NCBI RefSeq assembly: GCF_000150275.1
Contig: NW_002060956.1
Location: 1,300,280 to 1,364,279 of the forward strand
DNA: 64,000 bases
Source: Trichoplax adhaerens
Taxonomy: Eukaryota; Animalia; Placozoa
Direction: 5' to 3'
The notes beneath the pieces were generated by a model. It searched no databases. It worked only from the letters and a program-made list of their open reading frames with translations, and was not told where the DNA came from. The translations under genes were made by a program, and so were the position numbers. Of this stretch, positions 53,101-64,000 are shown piece after piece (the stretch's first letter is position 1; each line of letters begins with the position of its first letter).

Positions 53101-55083
53101 GCTTTGGATAGAACGTTAAACCTTTACTGGACTCGAACTTTTTCAGTCAGTCAATCTAAAGAAATTTTGACCTTTAAGCTAGAAAATATAACTTAATTTT
53201 AGTGCAATAATGCCTTGCCACGGTTGTACTAATGTAACAATTACTGGGGCTTACTACATCTCTCATATCATATTATAAACGAACTCTACAGAGTTTATCA
53301 ATATCATGCATCAGCGTCTCTCAACGTAAATTAATTAATTGAAGAAAGTTTCTATCAACCCATAATCCTACATAACTAGTGTATATAGATGTACGAGTAT
53401 TGTTTGTCTGTGAGTAAAGGAGAATATTCGCAATATGAAATTTTATCATGAATAAAATTGGGAAAATGGGTAAGTTTTAGTTCGAAAAACGGTACCGTCT
53501 TGATCACTTTTATCGACTGATCTATTCGCATATAGTAAAACTGTATTGCCAGCCTGACGTATTTGATTTATAGTGCAAGAAATTGAGAAAGATCAATACA
53601 ATAAAGAGATAGAGATTGTCTTTACTGTCTTTACGACGAAACTCTGTAGCTAAAAATGTAAGTAACATTGCCAATAATGACCTAACAAGTCAAGAATCCC
53701 TTTGAACTCATCATGATGACTTTTGCAATTGAAACTAGTCAAAAATTACAAACTAATGGCTAAAGCAAGCAACATACAGCTTAAAATACTACATAACATG
53801 TCATTGAAAGAATACCTCATGAATGCCCACTGAGGATTGCTATGGATGATCCAGTCAACATAACGATAACGCTACGATGCCAAGATGATGATCCTGGAAG
53901 CTGTTGGTGCAGGCGCCATTTCTTCGCCAGCTTAAGCATGATGCTGCTCAATACTGTAGGCTTGGAAATGCGGGATTAGAGTTTAAGCCTTGGTATAGAG
54001 TACTGCAGGGCCTGACCTTGATGGCGTACGGTAATGTTCTACTGTACGGTACACGGCATATGGTATAGCGTTTAGTAAGATGGTTAGCGCAGTTGCTTCC
54101 TTCTCATACTATAGCATTGTTGCGAAACTATAACTTGAATATTACCTATATTTAGCGGTAATATATATGCATATAGAGAGAGAGAAGGTAAAAGATTGAC
54201 AAAATGATCCCAAAATTACTAATTAAAACAACATTATACTGTAGAACTAATTTGTAATAATTTTAATAATTAATCAGTTAAAGGACATTACTGAGTGTCT
54301 TTGTGAATAACCTACTTAAAATAAAGGAGGCAATCAAGTAAATATCATTAAAGTGTGTACATTATATAGGACTGAATATGACAACGCCTATGGTAGCATC
54401 TCCCGATCCGATTGCTATAAAACTGAGTTTACGATCTAGATTTCAAATCACGTACTAAGTTCGAGTATTGTACACCCATAATAAGGTATTCCTTTATAAA
54501 AAAAGTTCTAGGTTGGCAGTTCTAATTTAGCCAGTGAACTCTACCTCATAGATCATGCTGTTGTAAATTTAAAATCTAAATACGTATCGCAATTGGCAAC
54601 AACTCAAGACAAATTACAAATGTGTGCTTTGATTATGTTAATTTTAATCTGGACATTAATATCGAATTATTTTATTTTATATTATTCTATAAGAGTGAAA
54701 CAAATACGTCGCTGATCGTGCTACATAAGTATAATTACATACCAAATTTTAAAAAATGTCAATGTTAATTACTTAATTAGAATTGCATTGTACAGTTCAA
54801 TATTGTCCAAGACGGATTTTGTCGTTCAGATTTCTTTCTTCTATTTTTAGAAGCTAAAACTTACTATCTACCTTGTAAATGATCATCGGTGCCAAATTAT
54901 TATAATAATTTTCAAATCATTTAAAAGTAGTCTAAATATCTAGTAAATTAATGCGCAAATTTTTAATACGTACTATTGTGTAGCATAAATCTACTTGGAA
55001 CGATACGTTCTATCTGTTAACCAACTATGGATAAAAGTTTTCACTATATACGTACTGATAAAATTGAAACAAATGCAAACATT

Positions 55084-58000
55084 TTATCCGCTAAATTTGA
55101 CTTTATAAGTATATAATTCCATAGGTTGCAAGGTTAAATCTATCGACTCTTCGCCTCCTCGTTCGTTTCCGTCATGCATCATTGTTAATGATGTTTCCTT
55201 AAAATTACGTACACCAAGATTCCATAGACTTTTGAATTCGATCTACGAATTATTAAGTCAAAAAGTGAGTATAACTGCTCAACACAAGAATAGTGATCGT
55301 AGCTTGAAAAGAAGAACCAATCGTTTCCTGATGCTTTTAGTACTAACCTTACTTCCTAGTGGGAAACAAAGCAAAGGTGTCATACCGTATCCACAATCAT
55401 ATCCATATCGATGTAATACTACAGCTGTTTCGTCAGTAGGTTTAGAATCTCCCTCTCCTTGTACGGTTCTCGCTGTCACTAAGTGCAAATCGCATGGGAA
55501 ACTTCCGGATTTCAACGGTGAGTACTGTTTAAGTAAGCTATCAGGAATTACTTCAGAAGTTCCAAACATGATGTTAATAGGATGATTGACAGTCTGAGAA
55601 ACAGCATGACCAACCAAAGAAGGATATGCAATTGGGATCTTAGACTTGACCATAGTCTTGATTAATTAATTGCAATTTATAAAATGGATATTAATGAAAC
55701 CACACCGGGTAAGCCGTAAAATTCGATTTACACGTTATTAAGCATAGCAATGATTAATTTGATTCAATGTACGAATTACCTGTTTTTTAGTCAAATTTTC
55801 TAGTAATAGTGCAAAGTGATAAGGAGTCTGCTTGTTATCGCGAACTCCTTGCCCTAAGCCACGATTGTCATCTTGACCTAACCTACGATCCAACATAACT
55901 TCAAATTCACCTGTAAAGATTCCATCAGTAAACCTTTTAGACAAACTAAGTAAACAGGACGAATACTTTAATTTGTTTTTATATATTAAATATCATGCAG
56001 CGAGTTCATATAGAGCATGATAAAACTGACCCTGTTTTAAACTGGCGACACCACATGCTTGCATAGTATGTAGAGTCATCCTAAGTTTAGGATCTTGAAG
56101 AAAAGCCATACTCGGCATTGGATAATAATTAGCTTGTAAAGGAATTTTATCAAGAGTGCGACGACGTTGCATCTAATGAATAAATTAATTAATGCTGTCT
56201 GTAAACTTATGACATTTACTTCGATATGTTATCAATCGCTACAAATAATGATTTACAATAAAAACCTAACTTCACATTTCATCAGTATTCTAATGGAATG
56301 AAAAGATAATATGTAAGATGTAAGGGTGAAGTACCTGGAATCCGTTTAGATCGGTAAAGTATTCTCTGTTTGTATTACGTATGTTGGTAGATATCCGCAT
56401 AATTAATTCCTAGTAGGAAAATATTAAATGCAGTAATTGAATTTTAAACAGTTTAGTATTGACTGTCAATACCGTATTATCAATTTCAATGCATACCCGA
56501 TTACTAGTGTCCCTGATATCCACAAGATTATGAATGTGTAAGCTTCTACTGTCGATTCCTTTTATTTAATTAACAAACCAAAAGTTTATCTTGGTATTAG
56601 CAAAAAATCTTTCATAGATACCGTAGCTAGAATATCCTGAATTACCATTCGTATTGGCTAGCTTTATATTATGATAAACATTTGGGTAAAAAGCTTGTAT
56701 TTCATCCCGCTAGACAAAAAAAGTATTAAAATAGTTAATATACGTAGTAATGTTAGCTCTATAAAGAAGATATATATATATTTTGCAATAGTAATAGATA
56801 TTTTACCAAAATGCCAGAAATATGGCGGAAAAATGGTTTTTGAATAAGCACTTCCTAATTGATTAAATGGATTACCCAAGGAATGAATTATACAGCTGTT
56901 GATAGAATTCTCGATAAAAGTAATATTAAAATAAAATTAAGGTAATTAGGTTTATTTTCCATATTAACCTTTGCTGTCCCACTTGGTAGAAATAGATAAG
57001 CACCGCTTGAAACGGTCATATACTGGAGGAATCGTAGCTCAGCAGTTCGTTTAATTCCTGTTGATTTATCTGCTATGTTCTAATGATTAAAATAGATGAT
57101 ACTTTATCATGCTTTTAATGATTAAGCAAGTGAATCTTATACTCTAAAATCTATTGCATGTCGCTATACCTGCAGTAAGCCAGTGCATCTGTCAAAATCG
57201 GCTACTATAAATTGATTTTCCATGGTTATATATTGCTTCCCACAATCAGCGTTCCGAACATCAAAGCTAATAAAGATTAAATATAGTACCTATCTGTATC
57301 TACAGCTGCATTTGTGAGTCTTATGTTAATGCAAAGATTTTATAGTCACTGTGTTATTGATTACCCTTTTACTAAGTCATTTTTAACTTTATGATGGTAA
57401 ATAGAGGTTTTCGAAGGTTTACAACCATCTGATGAACCATCTGTTTTTTGTATAGTAACTCTGCTAAAGCCTAGGCCTAGAACTTCAATTGGAAATAGTA
57501 CCTATAGCCAACGATTATACATTACTAAAGATTAACACCAGATTATATCAGTTTATTCAAGGAAAACTATTCAATAAAGTCCCACAGTACCTCAAACTTG
57601 TTATCACGAGGAGAATTTTTATTTTTCCATTGAAGGTTAACTTGACACTTAATGCTATTACCATCTGCATCAAGTACCTATCAATAATGTTAAAATGCAA
57701 GAGAAAATAGTAAGACGTTATACTGTACCGTCTTAAATGGCAAAGTAACGTATATACTTGGTATAATGCGAGATCCGAAGAAACCGATTTTATCGTAGTC
57801 ATAATCGGATAAACAGGATCCTATTATAACATCACCGAAATACCTTAACATTTGGTACGGATACGTGTACCGAAACCAGCTCTTTACGCTTCTGGGCGAG
57901 TGAATTGTAAAACACTACAACCCGAGTATTGCTTATACTTAGTAAACGCTTTTCGGGCAAGGAATCGTGAGAAGCTCTTGATTCATCCTATCAGCATTAA

Positions 58001-61000
58001 TCAATTAAAAGTTAATGTAGATACACGTAGACCTGGCAGAATCCCATACACCAAGCCAATTTATCTCTTACTCCATTATCTCAATTTATAAAGAATAATG
58101 CTATTAGAGTATACGCAAATTTTTACCATATCGAAACGTATTTCGTCCGAAGAATAGGATTCTTTGTGCTTAAGCATCAACAGTTTAGCAGCGCTAGCTA
58201 TTACATTTTGCATGTTACCAACTGATTGTACCAACCTGGAAGTTATCGGATATAATATAGGTAGTAAATATTAACTGAATTCAAATAGTCTAATATTCGT
58301 AAATTAAGGTACCTGTTGCCATAATCAACAACAACATGATCTTTCGCTGTTCCTGTAATCCCGTCATGGTGTTGGAAAAGACCTAGATTCCTTCGACTTT
58401 TTACCAGTAAATTAAATTGATTAGTAGCAAATTTTGCAATCTTTTCTTGATTTGCTATTCTCGATGCAATACTGTAAGCAATTTCCGCGGCCCTAAAAGA
58501 ACACATAAAAATAAATTTTAATTAATGATATTGTGTAAAGGCAACACCACACTATTTCAGCTATATATCACTAGTCTGCAAAGTAATTTCGCCGAGGATT
58601 ACTCACCGATGTTTTGTCTCGAGCACTCGATCTAAGTTCTTATAAAACGGACGAGATGTATAGTATCCGCTCCAATAGTGCTCATCACTATGATTTTTAA
58701 AATGTTTAATAAGATACAAATCTATCAATATTTCGGTGAGAGTAAGCTTTTTCAATTTCGTATCAACTAACCGATCAGCATATGTCATAAAGTCGCCACC
58801 AAGCTTGGGATATCCTTTCGGAGAGCCGTCGTCGTTTTTGCCTACGTAAAGAAATTTCATCTATTTTAAGGCTAGCCATTTAAGTCACGTAAGACTCAAT
58901 TACAGTGTTTTACAATATTGTAAATACTATCTTACCCGTTGTTTTTAGCAGCGCATTAAAGTAATCGGATAATGTTCCAAACTGAATCTATATAAGAAAG
59001 CAACAAGGATGCTAAGAATAGATATAAACGTTCCAGTATCAAGGTTACTTAATGAATTGGTGCATACACATACCTTGACCTTTAATTCTGGTTTAGAGTT
59101 TAAATACTGGAATAATTTCTAAGATAAAAAGTTCGGTACTGTTACTAACACACGAGGGAATTTAATTGAAACTGGCCATTTATCTTAAAATTTAAACGCA
59201 CTTCATAATTTGTAAACTGTCGAACTGGTTCCTGTGGGTCAGCGTATCTAAAATCATCTCCAAGTGGGGCGAGAACTACGTTCGAGCGGTATAATCGTGA
59301 CTTCTTTCGATATTGTTCCAGTAGCATCATTGCTCTACACAATACGATGATTCAGCAATACGCGTAGATATAATTAGTTAAAAAAATTAACAGTAATACA
59401 CGTATTTTATTTCAAATAGTAATTTATATGCAATAGCGGTAGTAGACTACCTTTGCTGAACATTTCTAGGACTTATAGGTTGTGGTGGAATATTCCAGGG
59501 ACACCAAATGCCTCCTCCTGGTAATCGTTGGAAATCGAACTGACAACAAACCTATCGACATTACAAATAGTAAATCAAATTTTAGAAAAATGTTAAGTAG
59601 TACGTACTGTAGAATCATTATTAATATCTTGCAGAGTGGAGTATGAACTAACCGCTGGGTCTGGGCCGCAAGTATGCGGTATGTCATAGCTATAGAACGG
59701 CATAACATGGCAAAGAATATCGGTATCGGTTCCATGATCTAACAGTTAACAAAATTAAACAAATAAAAATAAGGATCTGAAAGGGCGGTGTTGTTAATTG
59801 TAAAATTGATCAAGTTATTCAACTTACCCCAGTTTTGGCGCCACATAAATTCTAACTGTTTCTTTTGCGCTAAATATTTCTTAACAGAGTAGTGAACACG
59901 CTGAATTAACATTGCATCCATTCCCATCCGTTTCAATAAATAAGCCATGGTTGGCGTATATCCAAAGGGATCAATTGACCAGCTAACGCGAGGTTTGATA
60001 CCAATATTAAGCCGTACCCATTCATGACCTTCAATCATTTGATCGATCATTGCATAATAGTTGGTATTTGCTTCATCGTTCATGACCCATCCTCCAGTAA
60101 CAATTTCCAATTGTCCATTTTTTACTAACCTTGTATCCGTTAAAATAAAATATGGAAACGACAGAGTGTCAACTATATTTATAAATGTTCTTGTAACGTT
60201 ATATAATACAAAAATTAATCATTAAGCGATAAAATAAATGAGCTGTACCTCTTGAAGGATTCTCGTTGACTACTACTAGCATCGTTCCACCATAGCGATA
60301 AAAATGATATTTCTGCCCAGATAAACTTTCTATTTGGATTGCCAATTAAATTTGCAACAACATTGCTGATAATGTGTTTAGATTGATCCATATAATATCG
60401 TTGGAAGGTCTTGATCCAACCTGTTTCATACAATGGATATGTATTATTTTTAGCCATTGATTCATACATTGAAGATCAAGAGCCTGACCACCGTTCTATT
60501 AGATTGCTGCTTTTTGGCCGTACTAGGAACTAAATTGTATTTATCGATTCGGAAGGTAGATATACTGTACTTGGTAAATTGAAATGAATGTAGTATACTT
60601 AAAATTGTTTTTAGTATAGTCATTGAATACTTTCGAGAGGAAAGTGTTGACAAAATGGTATATAATCTTACCTGGATCATTATGAGAATGTGGTACAACA
60701 AATACTTGTAGAATTTCGTTATCAAATGCTCCAGATGGAACACTAATATCCCAGCCTTGTTTCCAGGCGCCACCATCTGGATTGTCAAATGGTATGATTT
60801 TGTAAATGTCTAGCATCTGTTGAAACGAATCAATGTTGAAACATTAGTATTCTTAAAATACATTGAATGTTAACTTTACATTTGTCTAAAATCGGGTGAT
60901 TCACAAATAATGATATGCAGATATCAATAACACACCAGGTTAGAAGTACAGAGCTACAATTTAAATAAGTGAATTGTAAGATAATTAATTGCTAATATAT

Positions 61001-63091
61001 TCGTTAGACGTAAGAGCGGAAGTATCAAATATTATTTGCAAAAATAGACATGATAGAATCTAGTACATTCAGTATAATAATCTGGTCTATCTTTTGTACG
61101 GATAGAATATAACGTAGAAATTATGTAATTTGTAAATTTTAGTTTATTGTAAAATTCTTATATAGCAAATTATTTTTTTGACCTATGCGACAATTTTGAG
61201 TTAGTTATATTTCTCGTATTAACTATCAGCTATTAGCGATGAAGTATGCATATATTAAAAGAGGAATATAGCTACTTTCTAAGATTGCGCAATTAATTTT
61301 ACATTGGTCATCTAGTTTTTTGATTGCTCTATTACCCTGATATCGGCTGAAAGACCAGCTTCAGACTGTGCAAAACCGCAACCAGTTGAGTCAACCGATA
61401 CTAATGCTTTAGACTTATAGTTGGTATTGTCTAGTCCAGGCACTAGCGCATTTTGAGTTTTCGTTAATGAACTCTTTAACTGGTCGATCTCTTCATTTAA
61501 TTTTACGAGCTTTTTCTATACAGCGTGTATGTAAATGGAAAAAGATACAAAACATTAGTAATTGTTACTTCTTAAGTAACTTAATTCATACTTATCAATG
61601 TTACATAACCTAATGGACTGTTCTATAATATAAAAATTATGATCGTATACCCTTTGTATAGTGAATTGTTGATGCAATTATATACATACGTTGTAATTTG
61701 TCTAGATTATCTTAAAATCGATCATATTACGTCATTTCAGCATTTATCGTGCAAGCTAAAGGTAATTTTTCCGGTTTATCTAGACTTAATATGACATGAT
61801 AGAATGATGATATAGGCCTATTTTAATCTCCTTTCATCTCTTCCCTTGTATTGAATTAGGCGCCTAGAATTTTGTCTTGATCTCCATTACGATTGCAAAT
61901 AACTCAATGAAGTTATTAATTATTACAATAGATATCTAAGATATTCTTTAAATAATTATGCATGTACATAATAAGTTGCTAAATTTATACTACGGTAGCA
62001 GACCGATCCAATGCCCAATATATCATTTGTAAGCAATAGTTCTATACTGTCTTATTATGATAGCCTGCTGTAATGACAAATTACATTCGGTCACTACAGC
62101 ACTGCTATGCATTACAGTATTAATTTTAAGCTGTAGCTTTTTCAAAATAACAATTATTAGGTATTATTTTTAGTTCATTTTAAGAGATATTATAATGATT
62201 GATGATCGTTAACATAGGATCTTTTAGTAAGAAAATGGCATCAATCTTATACAATGATATATAATAGTTGTGTTACAGCTACGGTTGAGTCAGTATTGAT
62301 ATTTATTGTTTATAGCGCTTGAACCTTTTTCGTAGATTATTAACTATCCAGCAATAATCTTCTAAAATGATCTAGTTCTATTACTACTATGGTTGAATGT
62401 ATTGATGCAGAATGCTGTTTACTATCAAAAGCCATTTCACTTTTCTCGTTGATAATTCATTTCACTACCATGATAACTTTACCCTTAGCTCTGTAGGCGA
62501 TATGTATGTTATGTATATATATATATATATGTAAACAATTGGACATTGATAATGCAATTAGGTACCGTAGAATAGGATCGTTTGCAATGTCAAGTTGTAG
62601 CAGAAATTACAGTTTCATCTCTACCAGCTAATCGTATATTTCTTAAATCTGGATAGCGTTGCAGCTAAACTGATGACTACTGGATATTCTTCTTTTCTAT
62701 CTTATCATGCTTACATTGACTTCTACAGACAGCATGTGTAGTTTTGGCAAAAAGACAGCTAAGTTAGTACAAGTTATCCAAATATGGAGAGTAAGATTCG
62801 TCAAAATTGATGAATATCGATCGACTCATCTGTCGACACCAACAGTAGCGTATCCATCTATCGTGTATCGATGATGATGATATATTATGCACTAGGTTAG
62901 GCATCAAGCGGAAAGAACAAATTACTATCCAGTTCTTGATGTAACGACTGACATCAAAAGCAACACCTTACCTTTGTTTCATCGATCGTGTTGTCAGTGT
63001 CGGGCTGAGCCATTTGATCGACAACCATATGCATAGTAAAGAACATGACAAGAAAAACTCCTGCACTAAATAACAAGATTCTCCGTTTCAT
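55084..63091 (-). CDS. MAN2A: Golgi alpha-mannosidase II (GH38; MAN2A1/MAN2A2-like), multi-exon
   Basis: First exon 63091-62972 encodes a type II signal anchor ([24 protein letters not shown]); stem exon 61515-61336. Then [28 protein letters not shown] (Zn ligands), [21 protein letters not shown] (nucleophile Asp), [77 protein letters not shown], ending [15 protein letters not shown] (stop 55084-55086). Confidence 0.96.
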
Positions 63092-63484
63092 GATGGACTT
63101 GATAATGTACAGCTAATGGACAAATTGAATACGCGTCTGAGATGATCGGTGCAGTTGATGAGGAAATTCAGAAAAGGACTGTCCTTGAAGAGTGGACTTT
63201 TCCTCCTATCCTTCAATAACGATCTAATTCAAGATAGGTAGAGAAGTAAATACCAATGGACTAAGCTAGGCGAACTACACTAAGGATTACATGGAATAGA
63301 GTCTGCTAATAAAGTCAAAAAACTCGTCCAATGCATTCAAATTCCACCATCTACCCCACTGCTACCAAGGCGATTATCGCAAGGTCAATACGCGAATCGT
63401 GGAAGAAAGCAACCTCAGCCCTCAGGTAGGAGGCAGAAGTTGGTAGGTGGTGGGCTGATGTCAGCAGCCGTAAAATATCCAGCC

Positions 63485-63790
63485 CGTGTACAGTCTGGTC
63501 CGGTACGGTTCGGTACAGTACAGTATACAGTACAGTACCGTACTGTACTGTACAGTACAGTACACTCCGTACAGTGATATGTTACAAAAGAACAGGACTG
63601 CACTGTACACTGTAAAAATTAGAGGCAAAACTGCAAAGAGCAGACTCAGTTCGATCACTCGTTGACACTGCCTCGATATGGAGACACTCGGTGCGCCAGT
63701 CACCTTGCTTACAGGACAATAGAAAGTCAGTAACGGTGTCTAGTTTCTGACCAGTACTGTACCGTACCGTATCGTACCGTACCGTATTGT
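63485..63790. repeat. GTAC-pentamer island 0.4-0.7 kb upstream of the MAN2A start codon
   Basis: ggtacagtacagtatacagtacagtaccgtactgtactgtacagtacagtac (about 63512-63563) and gtactgtaccgtaccgtatcgtaccgtaccgta (about 63754-63786). Confidence 0.85.
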
Positions 63791-64000
63791 CATGGTCACA
63801 TCACCACTTTTGGATGGTCTGGATATTTTGGGTGGCTTGCGTGTGCGTCATTCGTGCACTTACTATACTAAATTAATTAATTTAAGAACTCTATAGACTG
63901 TATAGTACGGTGGCTCATTAAGCTGGATTTCAATCGAAATTAATGTGGCTTAATGGAAGCATCAACAGCTTGGAGAAGACTTCCATAAATCTACAAAGCA

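Overview
Eukaryotic, AT-rich, intron-dense animal DNA, not prokaryotic. Compact genes with short GT-AG introns and vertebrate-like exon sizes fit an early-branching metazoan, most likely a placozoan (Trichoplax-like). That assignment is inference. By splicing exons by hand I find seven genes: a type II coronin (3' part, +), KIF1-binding protein (-), G-alpha-q (+, 7 exons, 353 aa), an intronless 727-aa Sel1-repeat protein (-), a divergent atlastin (+, about 480 aa), ANP32 (+, with an apparent 1-nt frameshift in the acidic tail) and Golgi alpha-mannosidase II (-). Most short ORFs in the supplied track are exon fragments or artefacts of a GTAC-pentamer repeat. Unexplained non-coding structure includes: (i) dense GTAC[A/T/C/G] pentamer islands at the 5' ends of the four conserved genes whose starts are visible, but not at the Sel1 or atlastin genes; (ii) a cluster of related hairpins (core ATGGACTAC/GTAGTCCAT) just 3' of atlastin; (iii) a decayed ~190-bp tandem array upstream of the Sel1 gene; (iv) a ~300-bp inverted repeat in G-alpha-q intron 1. 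No tRNA, rRNA, CRISPR array or transposase was found.
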